From contig WELB01000013.1 of assembly GCA_009602725.1 (NCBI GenBank), positions 1,100,465 to 1,120,464 on the forward strand: 20,000 nucleotides of DNA, in the 5' to 3' direction. This document shows positions 1 to 14,011 of this stretch, in pieces. The stretch is from Spirogloea muscicola (taxonomy: Eukaryota). A model generated the notes under the pieces. It did not search any database and had not been told where the DNA came from. It worked only from the letters and a program-made list of their open reading frames with translations. Position 1 is the stretch's first letter; the number at the start of each line of letters is the position of its first letter. The position numbers and the translations under genes are program-made.

Positions 1-3
1 CAG

Positions 4-310
4 GCCGACCAGACTGGCACCATTGAGGCCATTCTAACAGATGACAGCAAGCCCGTGGCAATCGATACAGTACGATCCCCACCCTGCTAAAGTTGCACAT
101 CCACATGTCTAGAGTGCCACGTGAAGGCTCCATGAACGGGACATATGTATGTGAAGCACGTACAACCGTTTTTCGTTCAGTTGTAAATTAGCTGACTAGC
201 CCGAAGTGATGCCATGTGAATACATGGTGTTTCTACTGTGCTTGCTTTGTACTCAAAAGCTTCTCCGTCGCCCAATTTTGTTGCAGCCTCTCTATGCGAT
301 CAAGCCATGA
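4..310 (+). CDS. BCCP: 3' end (last two exons) of biotin carboxyl carrier protein of plastid heteromeric acetyl-CoA carboxylase
   Basis: Exon 4-69 follows CAG and reads ADQTGTIEAILTDDSKPVAIDT. A GT..AG intron spans 70-286. Exon 287-310 reads PLYAIKP*. This matches the plant BCCP C-terminus (ADQSGTIVEILxEDGKPVSVDT|PLFVIxP). The biotinylation motif EAMK lies outside the window. Confidence 0.88.
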
Positions 311-1017
311 GCACTTCAGCGCCACATCACTAGTCCACTTTCGCAGGCAAACTTTGCTCTGTGAAACAATCTGCAGTGGTACATGACTTGGCAACAGGAT
401 AGGTCCTCAATGTGCAACTTAATATTTCTGATATTAGTAGCTGGGCTAGCTCCACGCACTCCGGCACTGGTTAGATCGTTTAGCAATCCGGAATGGCCCA
501 AAGGCGCCGAGCTATTCTCAGCTGCAATATGTGCATCTCTCTTGAGGTGGTTGTGGACCCAGACATGCTGGGCAAACGGCAATGCCAGCTTGCTACTAGA
601 CTCCTTGGACTTCAAATGCGCTAGGTGGCAATCCACTGAGAAGTCAAGCTAGATGTAGGCACTAAGGTTGCAAGACAGAGCCGCTCCCAACACTGGCGGC
701 AATTGTAATCTGCCGACAGAGAAGAGGGACACACATTGAAGGGTGCACAGGCTAACTAGAAGGGTATGATTGCACCCTCCTCAACTATATCGAGCATGGC
801 ACAGCAGGCAAGCACCCAAGAGAAGTATAAGAATGGCGTGAGTCAAAACGAGTGTAACAACTCTAGCGATACTGTCTCCATAACCAGCGTGCCAAGATTG
901 CGATCACCAGGACGAGTGTACCCTCTTCCAGGCCTCCACCGACTGATGTGCAGTGCTAGAAACAAAGACTGGTCCAAGATGCCGCCACAATACACAGGTT
1001 CGGATGCCCTCATGAAC

Positions 1018-5580
<4,563 letters not shown>

Positions 5581-5776
5581 GGCGCCCGGCGCAGGGCCGC
5601 GCTTCACCCGCGGCGGCGGCGGCGGCTGCCGGATCCGGAACCGGAGCGAGGCAGCGGTGGACTCGGCAGCGGAGGGCAGGGCGGGCGCCTGGCCGCGCGA
5701 CGCTCGTTGCGGCAAGCGAGGCGAGGCAGAGCGGAAGGATGGGAGATGGAAGATGGGAGGATGGGGGGCACGCTTC

Positions 5777-5823
5777 GCGGCGGCGGCGGCGACGGCGGCG
5801 GCGGCGGTGGCGGCGGCGGCGGC
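5777..5823. repeat. Imperfect (GGC)n/(GCC)n microsatellite in the probable 5' leader of the helicase gene
   Basis: A run of GGC units interrupted by GAC and GGT, about 200 nt upstream of the ATG. Confidence 0.85.
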
Positions 5824-5965
5824 GAGACCGGCGGTGGACGGAGCAAGTAACCCTTGGCCTCGCTTGCTGGTGGCGATCCTGCCAGCCAGCGCTCACCACT
5901 CTCCTTCGTGGCTCCGCTGATACACTTATGAACACCCCCCGTATGCACCTGGCTGGCACTTGTTA

Positions 5966-6297
5966 GAAGAAAGAGCTCGCCTTATTGCGCTCTTCAGCAT
6001 CAGCCGCGTTCACTGTCCGAAAGCGCGGCCAGATTGACTGGTGGCTCGCGGAGGCCAGCCCAAAGAGATGGCCAAGCGTTCTTTCTACTGAGTCGCTCGT
6101 GTGCTTTAACGCTTTTCAAGCCCCTTCGATTGTTCAGTTTGTCCTGGGCTGGCCTATCACCGCCATCGCCTTCTTACTGGAAGAGTCTTCCTACTGACAC
6201 AAGGGGCTGCACCAGCCAAAACCCTAGGCAAAGACCTGTTCATTCTTTTTTGGGCTGGCTTGTCCAGCCCCTATCCTCAATGGAGCGAGCCCCTCTC
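5966..6297. mobile_element. Degenerate MITE-like inverted-repeat cluster of the same TIR family as 12250-12395
   Basis: It starts GAAGAAAGAGCTCGCC at 5966. GGCCAGCCCA (~6053) faces TGGGCTGGCC (~6145). 6232-6292 is the reverse complement of 19272-19330 and resembles 12256-12315. No TSD was found. Confidence 0.55.
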
Positions 6298-6299
6298 AA

Positions 6300-6476
6300 G
6301 AGAGAAGGCGCGCGGGGCGCATGAAATGAAAGGGAGGCCAATCCAAGCCAGTACATTGTTCAGGCGAAGGCTACTGCAGACTGAACAAGGCTAAATATAC
6401 CTAAAGTAAGGTGTCTAAGGAGAGAAGGCGCGCGGGGCGCATGAAATGAAAGAGAGGCCAATTCAAGCCAATACAT
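6300..6476. repeat. 57-bp direct repeat with 120-bp period (module C), with related copies at 13221-13278 and 18933-18978
   Basis: GAGAGAAGGCGCGCGGGGCGCATGAAATGAAAGRGAGGCCAATYCAAGCCARTACAT at 6300-6356 and 6420-6476. Confidence 0.9.
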
Positions 6477-6697
6477 ACACAGGAGGATACAGGGCTTGGA
6501 AGAGCGTAGCCCTTGAAGCTCCCCGAGCGCCGTCCCGCTGCAGGGCACCTCGCCTCTCAGCAACGCTGACCCCTTGACCCCTTGATAATGTGCTTGCCTT
6601 TGTACTTGGCCACACATGGCCTCCCCATCTCTTAATATACACGCACTTTCCTTGACCCCACACCACAACGGGGAGCCCACGCCAAGCAGTCCAGGAC

Positions 6698-6797
6698 CCT
6701 AGCCTCTCTGATTTGCGGCTGCTTAGCAGGGGTTACTGAGTAATTTGTAGCTGCTTTCTTTCTTTGTGTGCTTTGGTTTCTTAGCGCTTCCTCTGGC
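6698..6797 (-). repeat. Dispersed repeat (module B), inverted copy of 19342-19441
   Basis: Its reverse complement shares CTCAGTAACCCCTGCTAAGCAGCCGCARATCAGAGAGGCTAGG and GGAAGCGCTAAG with 19342-19441. Confidence 0.88.
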
Positions 6798-7505
6798 TTC
6801 CTCTGGCTTGGCAAGTCTGACCCTCTTGCCCAGAGCCGCGCCTGCGCCAGCGCCCGCTCCCCCTAGAGGCGTCAAGCCTTGGGCCAGGGGGTGCAGCAGC
6901 TAGTGAGCTTTCCTCAGACCCGTATGCTATGCGGCAAGTCGTGGACACCCATGGTGAGCAGCTTCGCATCCTGTGCTGGTCATTTGAGCTATTGCACGAT
7001 GCCAACCCGTCTCACATACAGCGGTTGTTACTCGATCATTCCAACTGACTCCGCCGAAGCAGCAATATGCTCAAATAGGGGCATTGCACCCATCACTAGT
7101 TGACGCCACTGTATGACTGCTGCGTTGGGTCAAGAAAGTTGTTTGTAGTGAATCTTTTGGGCTTGTCCTGTGAAACCCTAAGCGAGTAGATAGCAATCTG
7201 TCTCTAGAGGACATACTTGGCTTGCGATATGAGTAGGCATTGATCTGTCTTTGGGAGGACAAGTCTGGCTCGGGTTGCCATTTATATTCCTTCTTTGGAG
7301 AATCTGTTGACCTGAGAAACCAGATCTCATCGCTTGCCAGCCTCTATGACTTGCCACTCGAGACTCGTTCACTTGCCAAGTGGACATTCATTGACCTGAG
7401 GTACTGGTAACTAGATTGCATTTACTTACAACCTCTCTCACTTGCTAGTCAACAGTGCTCTTCCCGTTGGCATGCGTTGGGCTGGCAGGCAACAGGTAGG
7501 CTCAC

Positions 7506-7883
7506 CTGGTTGGAGCTGAAGTCAAGGTACTCAACAGACAGCGGGTATGGCTTCCCATCCTGGAAGCCACCCGCGAGCTTGTTGCCAGCCATGAGTAGCG
7601 TGGCAAGTCCCGGTGGGACTTCCTTATTTGTAGGCGGGGCACCACTGAGCTGGTTGTTGGTAACATCCACAAACACCAGAGCCAATGCACTGGAGAGGTC
7701 CGGCATCCTTCCATTCAGCGCATTGGAGGCCAGCTTCAAACCAGTGAGCGCCGGGAGGCTTCCGAAGGGGCCGAGTGCGCCCATGGAGCCTGTGAAGCCG
7801 TTGCCCGAGAAGTCCAGGCTCACCATGGACGCCGGAAGCTTTGGCAGGTTGCCAGTGAAAGTGTTGCCAGCAGCACCGAATTG
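7506..7883 (-). CDS. Isolated plant-type leucine-rich-repeat exon (126 codons, about 5 LRRs); parent gene not evident
   Basis: Acceptor CTGCAG|CAA at 7883 and donor CAG|GTGAGC at 7506; 378 nt, phase 0/0, no stops. LxxLxLxxNxLxGxxP repeats: MVSLDFSGNGFTGSM, LTGLKLASNALNGRMP, LVFVDVTNNQLSGAPP, LATLLMAGNKLAG, VEYLDFSSNQ. Confidence 0.8.
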
Positions 7884-8194
7884 CTGCAGGCGACAGCGTG
7901 TGGAGAGACACGTACCATTGCATACGTAGATGTATAGGTGCTGCAGCAACTGCTAAGCTTGATACAGGTGTCAGGTGATTCACTAATTGCACTAGTCCTC
8001 AACTTCTTGAGCTTTAGCACTGCGGTCCTGCATCTATCTGGTCTTTCAGCTCACTGGACATTGATGCGATGTGGAACATGCACAGCAAGAGCTACTCCCA
8101 GCAGCCAACGTTGCGGTGGCGAGCCACTCGACTGACTGCTTCCTAACCTGGCAGACATGTAGTAAGCAGAGAGGGAGAGGAGGCCGGCACTCAC

Positions 8195-11100
8195 CACAAG
8201 GCTCATGCCTGGTTGATTGTCTTCAACTACTACCAACACGCCTCCCCCTGGGGCGGCGCTCACCACGACCTTCAGCCAGCCTCCTGATGCCGTATACTGC
8301 ATTCGATGATCGAGGAGTAGCAGGAAAGGCATTATGAGAGAGCCATTTTTTGCAACTCGATGCCTGTGGCGTGACGTAGCACTGGCCTACAGAAGGCAGT
8401 GGGAGAAGAAAGGAAGCCAGCTAACAAAAGTAGGTGAGGGTTACTTAGATACCTGTAGAGATATGTCGATGACATTGCTCAAGGCCTGCCGCACGTCAAA
8501 GGCATCCCCTGCAACCAGCGGAAGTACTCCTAGAGGCACGGGGACGTGCTCCAACGCCAGCTGCCGGAGCTGCGCAAGCCCACCAGCAGCTAATACAAGC
8601 TCGGCCACAATGCTGGCCACGTCGCAGGTCTGCCTGTCAATAATGACAAGTGGACAGCAACAACTTAGATGCTTTGGCTCTGAAGCCTTTGTGCTATCAG
8701 GATTCAGAAGCAATTCCTGGCTTTGTGAGAGGGTAAGCGTCAGTAGTAGCTAGAAAATGCATATGTACTTTCAGCAACAGCATAGCAAATTTCACACTAG
8801 GCATTCTTTCATCTCAGAGTATTAGCTTCTGCAAACATTTGAGTGGTCATGTAAGATCGTACACACCCTCCATTGGGCGCGAGCAAGGGGGTGAGGGCAT
8901 AGGGCGGCATTGGGAGCTCCTCGTCACGCAGCTCCTTGAGGAGGCATTGCTGGGAGCCAAGACCCTGGAAACCCCGAAGCCGCTGCGGGCGTGGCGGCTC
9001 ACACTGCGTTTCTGACCATCCATGCTGCAATAGAGGCTCCCGGGCGGATGCCTGCCTGCTGCCGACGCCCTCCACGACCTTGCCTCCCCAAGGCAGCAGC
9101 AAAATGTGAGGGGCAAAGAGCACTGAGGCACAATCCTGCCTGCCAGCTTAAGTCCACTACATTTCCACTTGATCTGAATGTGCAATCAGTAGTAATTAAG
9201 GTATCAACTAAATATGTCACTTCATGGGATTCAAATGTGTGTATGCAACTTTCCTTCTTGTAACTGAACAGTGAGCTGCAGCCCAGGCATGGACACCATT
9301 TTCCTACCTGAGTGGGATATAGCGCCTTCTGCAGCTGCTGGAGCACCTCCGCCATGCGGTCTCCTTGCACCAGGATGTCGTCCACCATGTCATTGGCCAG
9401 CTGCCACACACCAAGAGGAGCACAACGCCGAGCAGTCAGGTGGTGACGGACGAAGGAAGGAGGTTGATGCGAGCCACGTCTGGAATGTCGAGATGCTGAT
9501 TTCTCCTCCCTGACTAACTAAATGGCTGTCTGACACACCAATGGAGCCTGCAGCAAGCCTCTCAAAAATGGCAGCAAGCAAACTTCACCTCGCCTTCCTT
9601 GAGCTGCGGGAGCAGCATCTTGCCGAGCGTGCGAAGCGAAGTCAGTGGGCTCCTCACCTGCCCAGCAGCAGCAAACGAAGTCTTGGCAAAGGGTTAAACT
9701 CCAGAGCTTGCAGATTGCAATATTCGAGCTGGATAGGTAAGGGTGTCTTTGCTTGCCCAAATTTAGAAATGGTCCAATCTTGATGTGCTATCCAAATTAA
9801 TCATGCTGACTTGAACTACAGCCTGCTCTAACACCTGCATTCTGAACTGCGCGCTCTTGGCCTCCAATAGACTACTAGAATAGAGCAAGGTAAGTTTTTG
9901 GGTTCTTTGCTATGTAGGGTCCACGCCCAATCAGGTCTCAGAAGGGGCTGTGGTTGTGTGCTCGTGTACCTGCTCCAGAAGCCCGTCAAGTACAACATTC
10001 TTTTGCCAGGAATTTGCCTGCAGCAGCAGCGCCCTCTGCCAGCATTCACCCCCCCCTCCCCAAAAGCCAAGGTGAGGCCTTGCTCATATTGAAGTGACAG
10101 CAAGCGAGCAAAAACAACGACGACGAAGGCCGAGGCTGCCATGCACTGCCAGGTGGGCATTGTATCTTTCAACAATTAAGATAGTACAAAGATAGTACAA
10201 GGCATGCAATGTGCCTCACCTGGTCAATGACGCACGCCATGGCCAGAGTACGGGCGACGTCCGCTGCCCGCCTTTGCTCCTCCGCACTGAAGATTGGGGC
10301 CTTGGCCATCTTGGGCAGGCTCTGCAGGCCCAGGCCTTGCGAGCCCTTCTCGCCACCGGCGCTGACGCTGGCCTTCCCTCCGTCCGGGACGGGGACGCTG
10401 CTCTTCGGCGGCCACACGGGCCGCACGATCTTCAAGGCTGCAGACTTGGTCACGCCCCCACCTCTCTGCACGAAACAGCGACCAGCAAGAAATCAGAAGG
10501 CATGACAGTACCCTGTCCAACATTTAGCACACGAATGACTTTGCCAGACTGACATGCTCGACAGCGACGACAGATACCTAACAGAGGCTCCCTCACCTGA
10601 ACTTGCGGCAGAATGCGCTCAGCCACAACAAGCCCGACAAGGAACGAGTCCTTGGCCATAGGCAGCACCAGGGTCCGGCACTCGGGGAGCTCAACAGCCT
10701 GCACATCCGATCAGCCAGCCGGCAATGTGAGGTCAAGTTGACAAGATGCATTTCCAACTACAGTGCAACAGGAGCAACCAAGCAAGATCTCTGCAAGCTG
10801 AAGTATACATGCAGAGGGTTTGCTACGGTACCTCGTGCCCAACCAGTGCGGTCTCAACCAGCCGCGAGGACACGGCGCCGTCCATGTCCCCAGCCAGCAC
10901 CAGCACCTTCTCCTGCGCCCAGTCGGGCCTGGACTCGGGGTGCGAGGCGACGCGCTGCAGCTCCAGGTGTCCCAACGTGTAGCTCTCTGGCATCCGGACA
11001 TAGACCTGCACCTCACCGCACCCGTTAAGGCCGCGTGACCTGAGACATGTCGGGCAGCAGTCTATCTTGCAGCAACACACATGGCCATGGAAGGGACTCA

Positions 11101-11821
11101 GCACTCCACCTGGGCTACGAGGAGCCGAGGCTCACAGCCATTGCGGCGTCCAAGATAAGTCTTGGTTAGATTGTTTGTCACAGTGAGCTAGCTAGACTGC
11201 GAGCGCAAGCAAAAGCTGGCATACCGTCCAGGTGACGTTGGCGCCCACAAGGCTGGAGGCCAAGGCCAGCTGCGCGTGGCAGAGCGCCACAAAGTCCTCG
11301 CTGGGCGCGGAGAAGGTGTCGTCCCGGCCTTGCGCCGGGCCGGGGGCGCGCCAGAGGACCTTGAGGGGGGTGGCGGAGGCGACGCTGACAGCCGCGGCGA
11401 TGGCGTGCGCCGTCAGCGGGAGGCCGCCGTCGCCTCCGTCCGCCGGGCCTGCGGCCGAGCTCGCCGTGCAGTAGAGGGCATGGCGGCTGGCGTCGCCGGG
11501 TGTCACAGCAGCCGGCCTCGTCCTCCTCCTCTGCCGCTGCTGGTGCTGCTGCTGCTGCCACTTGCTCGCGCCAGCTCGGGCGTCGACAGCCCGTGCCACC
11601 TCCGGAGCTCCCGCTGTCATCTCAGCGGCGACGGCGAGTGGCGGAGTCGGCGCCGAGCGGGCGCGCAGCTCCTGCAGGCACACCCGCTGCCGCCAGCGCT
11701 CGCGACAGAACGCGCCTGCCGTGGATCCCGACGTCGAGAGGCCTCCGGGCATGCGCCCCGACGAGCTCGTCACCGCTGCCGCCGCTGTGGCTGGCGCAGC
11801 CTGCGAGGCCACGGCAGCCAT
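8195..11821 (-). CDS. CSK: Chloroplast sensor kinase (modified Hik2-type histidine kinase: GAF-like, DHp and partial HATPase_c domains); 10 exons traced (about 614 aa), C-terminal exon(s) missing
   Basis: Exons 11821-11225, 11005-10832, 10698-10597, 10465-10220, 10035-9970, 9657-9589, 9400-9308, ~9078-8867, ~8633-8453 and 8296-8195 (exon 8/9 borders less certain). CSK signatures: PSEDFVALCHAQL, VYVRMPESY..LELQRV, LPMAKDSFLVGLVVAE, ARTLAMACVIDQ, SWQKNV..LEQVRSPLTSLRTLGKML, DILVQGDRM, ELPMPP, RQALSNVID, APGGGVLVVVEDNQPGM. The N-terminus is Ala/Ser/Arg-rich and transit-peptide-like. Confidence 0.9.
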
Positions 11822-11925
11822 CTCCGTGGTGCAGCGCAGCCTGCCGCCGCCCGAGCGGGCGAGCCCCGCCGCCGATCCGAGCGGCCCACTGACCGCCGCA
11901 GAGCAGGGGCGGCCGCAGCGCCGGA

Positions 11926-11942
11926 TCACGTCCTAAAAGTCA

Positions 11943-11973
<31 letters not shown>
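11926..11973 (-). promoter_or_regulatory. (GCC)10 repeat followed directly by a 5-codon upstream ORF (MTFRT*) in the CSK leader
   Basis: The minus strand reads (GCC)10 ATG ACT TTT AGG ACG TGA (ATG at 11943, stop at 11928-11926), out of frame with the ATG at 11821. Confidence 0.5.
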
Positions 11974-11975
<2 letters not shown>

Positions 11976-12249
11976 CGCNCGCGCCGGGAAGAGCGGCGGG
12001 GGGAGCGGCGGCGGCGCCGGGTGGCGGACGCCTGACGTGGCGGGCGCGGGCCGCCAGCGCGGAGATCCCGAGGTGCCGTGCCGCTGGGCACCTTGCTGTG
12101 AGCCAGGGCCAGGAACGGGGGTTTGTCGACAAGCTGTGCACAAGTTACCGGCGAGAGGGGGGCCCGCGGCGGCCACCCCGGGGGACGAGCGGCAAGGCAC
12201 CGACAGGAAGAAGTGAGCTCGGCACTCAGCAGGCTCCCTCCTCCCTACA

Positions 12250-12395
12250 GAAGAAGGCTCGCCCATAGAGAAAGAGGGGCTGGCGAAGCCAGCCCAAAAA
12301 GAATGGACAATGTCCATTCACAGAGGAGGACCTTTGTCAATTCTTTTGGGCTGGCTTTTCGCAGCCCTTGCCCCCATTGGGAGTGCCACTTCTTC
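12250..12395. mobile_element. 146-bp Mutator(MULE)-like MITE with 9-bp target-site duplication
   Basis: Ends are GAAGAAG (12250) and CTTCTTC (12395). The imperfect inverted arms are ~65 bp (core AAGCCAGCCCAAAAAGAAT / ATTCTTTTGGGCTGGCTT). CTCCCTACA flanks the element at both 12241-12249 and 12396-12404. Confidence 0.78.
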
Positions 12396-14011
12396 CTCCC
12401 TACAGATTACTTAGTGACTCATCCTACCGGGCACGCTTTTGAGAAACCGCATTTGGCACCTTCGGACCTGTCGATATACTTCGGACTGGCTGTGGAGCCC
12501 TTGCCCCCCTCGGGAGAGCCAACTTCCTTCCGGAGTGGCTGACACGCCAGCTAGTGGCCAGCCCACGCTGGAAGAAGCAGCTCTGCCGAAGAAGAAGTAA
12601 TCTCAGAAGGGGCCAGGGTTGTGAAAAGCCAGCCCCCAACAGGAAAAGGCTGGAAGAAGCACTTTGCATGTACGAGGTCCGGGGCAGACCAATACCAAGA
12701 CCTCAAGCGTACTGGAGCCGCCCCCTGTGAGGTGCGTCGGGCTTCTTCGCATACAGTCGCATTGTTGGCTTTCTACTGACCTCACGCTGGCCAAAGGCCT
12801 GCTTACAGCCGAACATCTAAAGACATCCTTCCAAGTGGGGCGACTGCTGTCAAAGGGCAGCACAAGCAGAGTTGACAGGGTCCTTGGGTACCAGAAAGCG
12901 CAAATCACACAAGTACGTAAGTGGCCACTACGAAAGGGTCCTCAACCCCTACTACACTTGGATATTACGAAAGGGTGGTCAATCCCAAGTGAAGAGCGCA
13001 AGTTGGAGTAGCTATCAGCTGGGAAAGCATTGCCACGTTGACTCACAGAAGCAGTCGCAAAAGTGCGGCCTGCCTGCAGCGCCACACTGCACTGCTTTGC
13101 AGCAGTTTCTACTATATAAGTTCTACTTCCCCCTCTGGGAAAAGAGTGATCGCATTGAGGTGGCAGAAGCTGTAAGTGGCGAACCCAACTATATACACAA
13201 GATCTGAACAAGGACAGCTAGAGAGAAGATGCGCGGCGCGCATGAACGGAAAAAGAGGCCATGCTGAGCCAATATACCTCTCATGCAAACGGCTAAGGAA
13301 GTGGATGCATTGGGCTAGCTAGTTCATGGATACATGTCTGCAGTGACTTACCCCCCCTTCCCCCTCCCAAAAACCCCAGCAGAAGACTGACGGAGCACTT
13401 CGAATGAGTTTGGCAGGGAGTCCCAATTGCTATGATTCAGTGTACCTAGCAAGTGTCGCACTTAGCTATGCCGAATCTGAAGCCCATGCCTCAGGTCCTG
13501 CATCAAGTGGACCCAAAGATTGCTGCTATACGTTCAATGATAAAAGCTTCCATGTGTTCAAGCGCATAACAAGTACGCTACCTCAATCGCCAGAGCCTGA
13601 CTGCAACAAGCAGGGCTACCTGCGCCAGCTGTGCGCTGAGCTTGCTGATGTTCCAGAGTGCTCATGTCAGTCTATATTGACTTGACTGGATCACCCCACA
13701 ATCACAACCTGGGCACAGCACGATCCACAGTAGAGCAAGCGTTTGCTTGTCGTAAGAAGGATAAAAGAATGGATGTTTTGGTCTGATTTTTGGTAAGGAG
13801 CCGCCTGCCCTGAGGTCAATTGACCACAGCCCCTAAGGTACGCCACAACAGGGCACCGAGCCACAGGAGGACGAGGACCATGTGCTGCCACTAACAGTGT
13901 GGAACACAGACTGATCAACGTCCATGCTTTCAGGCATCAGGCAAGTACAGGTTCCGCAAACAGAACCGAGCCCGCGGCCAGCCACAACAACGCAGGCAAG
14001 CGCTGCCATGT

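Noticed and set aside
311..1017. ORFs 316-636, 383-652, 766-1260 and 843-1160
   Set aside because: No recognisable domains. They lie in the convergent 3' UTR region of BCCP and the helicase gene, or are antisense or off-frame to helicase exon 10.
6219..6227. Telo-box-like AAACCCTAG next to site II-like motifs (also AAACCCTAA at 7173-7181)
   Set aside because: Plausible for an RNA-helicase promoter, but it is a single short motif inside a degenerate repeat arm and cannot be distinguished from chance.
6300..6476. Spaced direct repeats as a CRISPR-like array
   Set aside because: Only two 57-bp copies, eukaryotic context, and no cas genes.
6821..7048. Plus-strand frame containing AMRQVVDTHGEQLRIL, faintly like the end of a HATPase_c domain (an inverted missing CSK exon?)
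   Set aside because: It lacks the preceding GL motif and the following GTxxxxxLP motif, so the similarity is too weak. A profile search would be needed.
8051..8194. Read-through or a 47-nt intron as the natural CSK C-terminus
   Set aside because: The translations (VSAGLLSL... or VRKQSVEWL...) show no CSK similarity, and 47 nt is far below the other intron sizes here.
11276..12268. 330-aa plus-strand ORF
   Set aside because: Antisense shadow of GC-rich CSK exon 1 and its leader.
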